This document shows, one piece after another, positions 25,916 to 25,965 of a stretch of DNA of 25,965 nt. Within the stretch, counting starts at the first letter, position 1. Every line of letters starts with the position of its first letter. Under the pieces are notes generated by a model that did not search any database, was not told the DNA's origin, and saw only the letters and a list, made by a program, of their open reading frames with translations. This stretch comes from a virus (lineage: Duplodnaviria > Caudoviricetes), in IMG/VR virus record IMGVR_UViG_3300005254_000015, positions 1 through 25,965 of that record. One strand, written 5' to 3'. Made by a program: the position numbers and the translations under genes.

Positions 25916-25944
25916 ATATTAATGCATAATCAAATTCATGTCAA
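25916..25944 (-). promoter_or_regulatory. Sigma70-like promoter for the putative antisense RNA
   Basis: TTGACA (25944-25939), 17-bp spacer, TAATAT (25921-25916). Confidence 0.65.
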
Positions 25945-25965
25945 TAGTTTTTTCAATATTTTTTA

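Noticed and set aside
1-25965. Alternative genetic code or stop-codon reassignment
   Set aside because: Genes are full length and tightly packed under the standard bacterial code, and TAA, TAG and TGA all serve as stops.

Overview
An AT-rich window holding an almost complete late (virion) region of a contractile-tailed dsDNA phage, all on the minus strand and read right to left. Order: small ORF, ParB-domain DNA methyltransferase, ClpP-like protease, TerS, TerL, portal, scaffold, major capsid, minor head and neck proteins, sheath, tube, tail chaperones, tape measure, baseplate cluster, a ~1040-aa beta-propeller-type receptor-binding protein, an atypical lysis cassette and a DUF1064-like nuclease. 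No integrase or repressor is visible. The right end instead carries an HTH-ParA plus a non-ParB partner resembling spirochaete PFam49/ParZ-type proteins, which suggests a phage-plasmid, possibly of a spirochaete (inference). The strongest unexplained signals are non-coding. (1) A perfect 44-bp palindrome overlaps the partner gene's stop codon, and its core recurs inside the same gene. (2) A 19-bp-period array of ATACGG/CCGTAT inverted repeats lies ahead of the late operon. (3) At the far right, convergent sigma70-like promoters define an 18-codon leader ORF and a ~75-nt antisense RNA with its own terminator. Family assignments come from motif recognition and gene order only; no database search was run.
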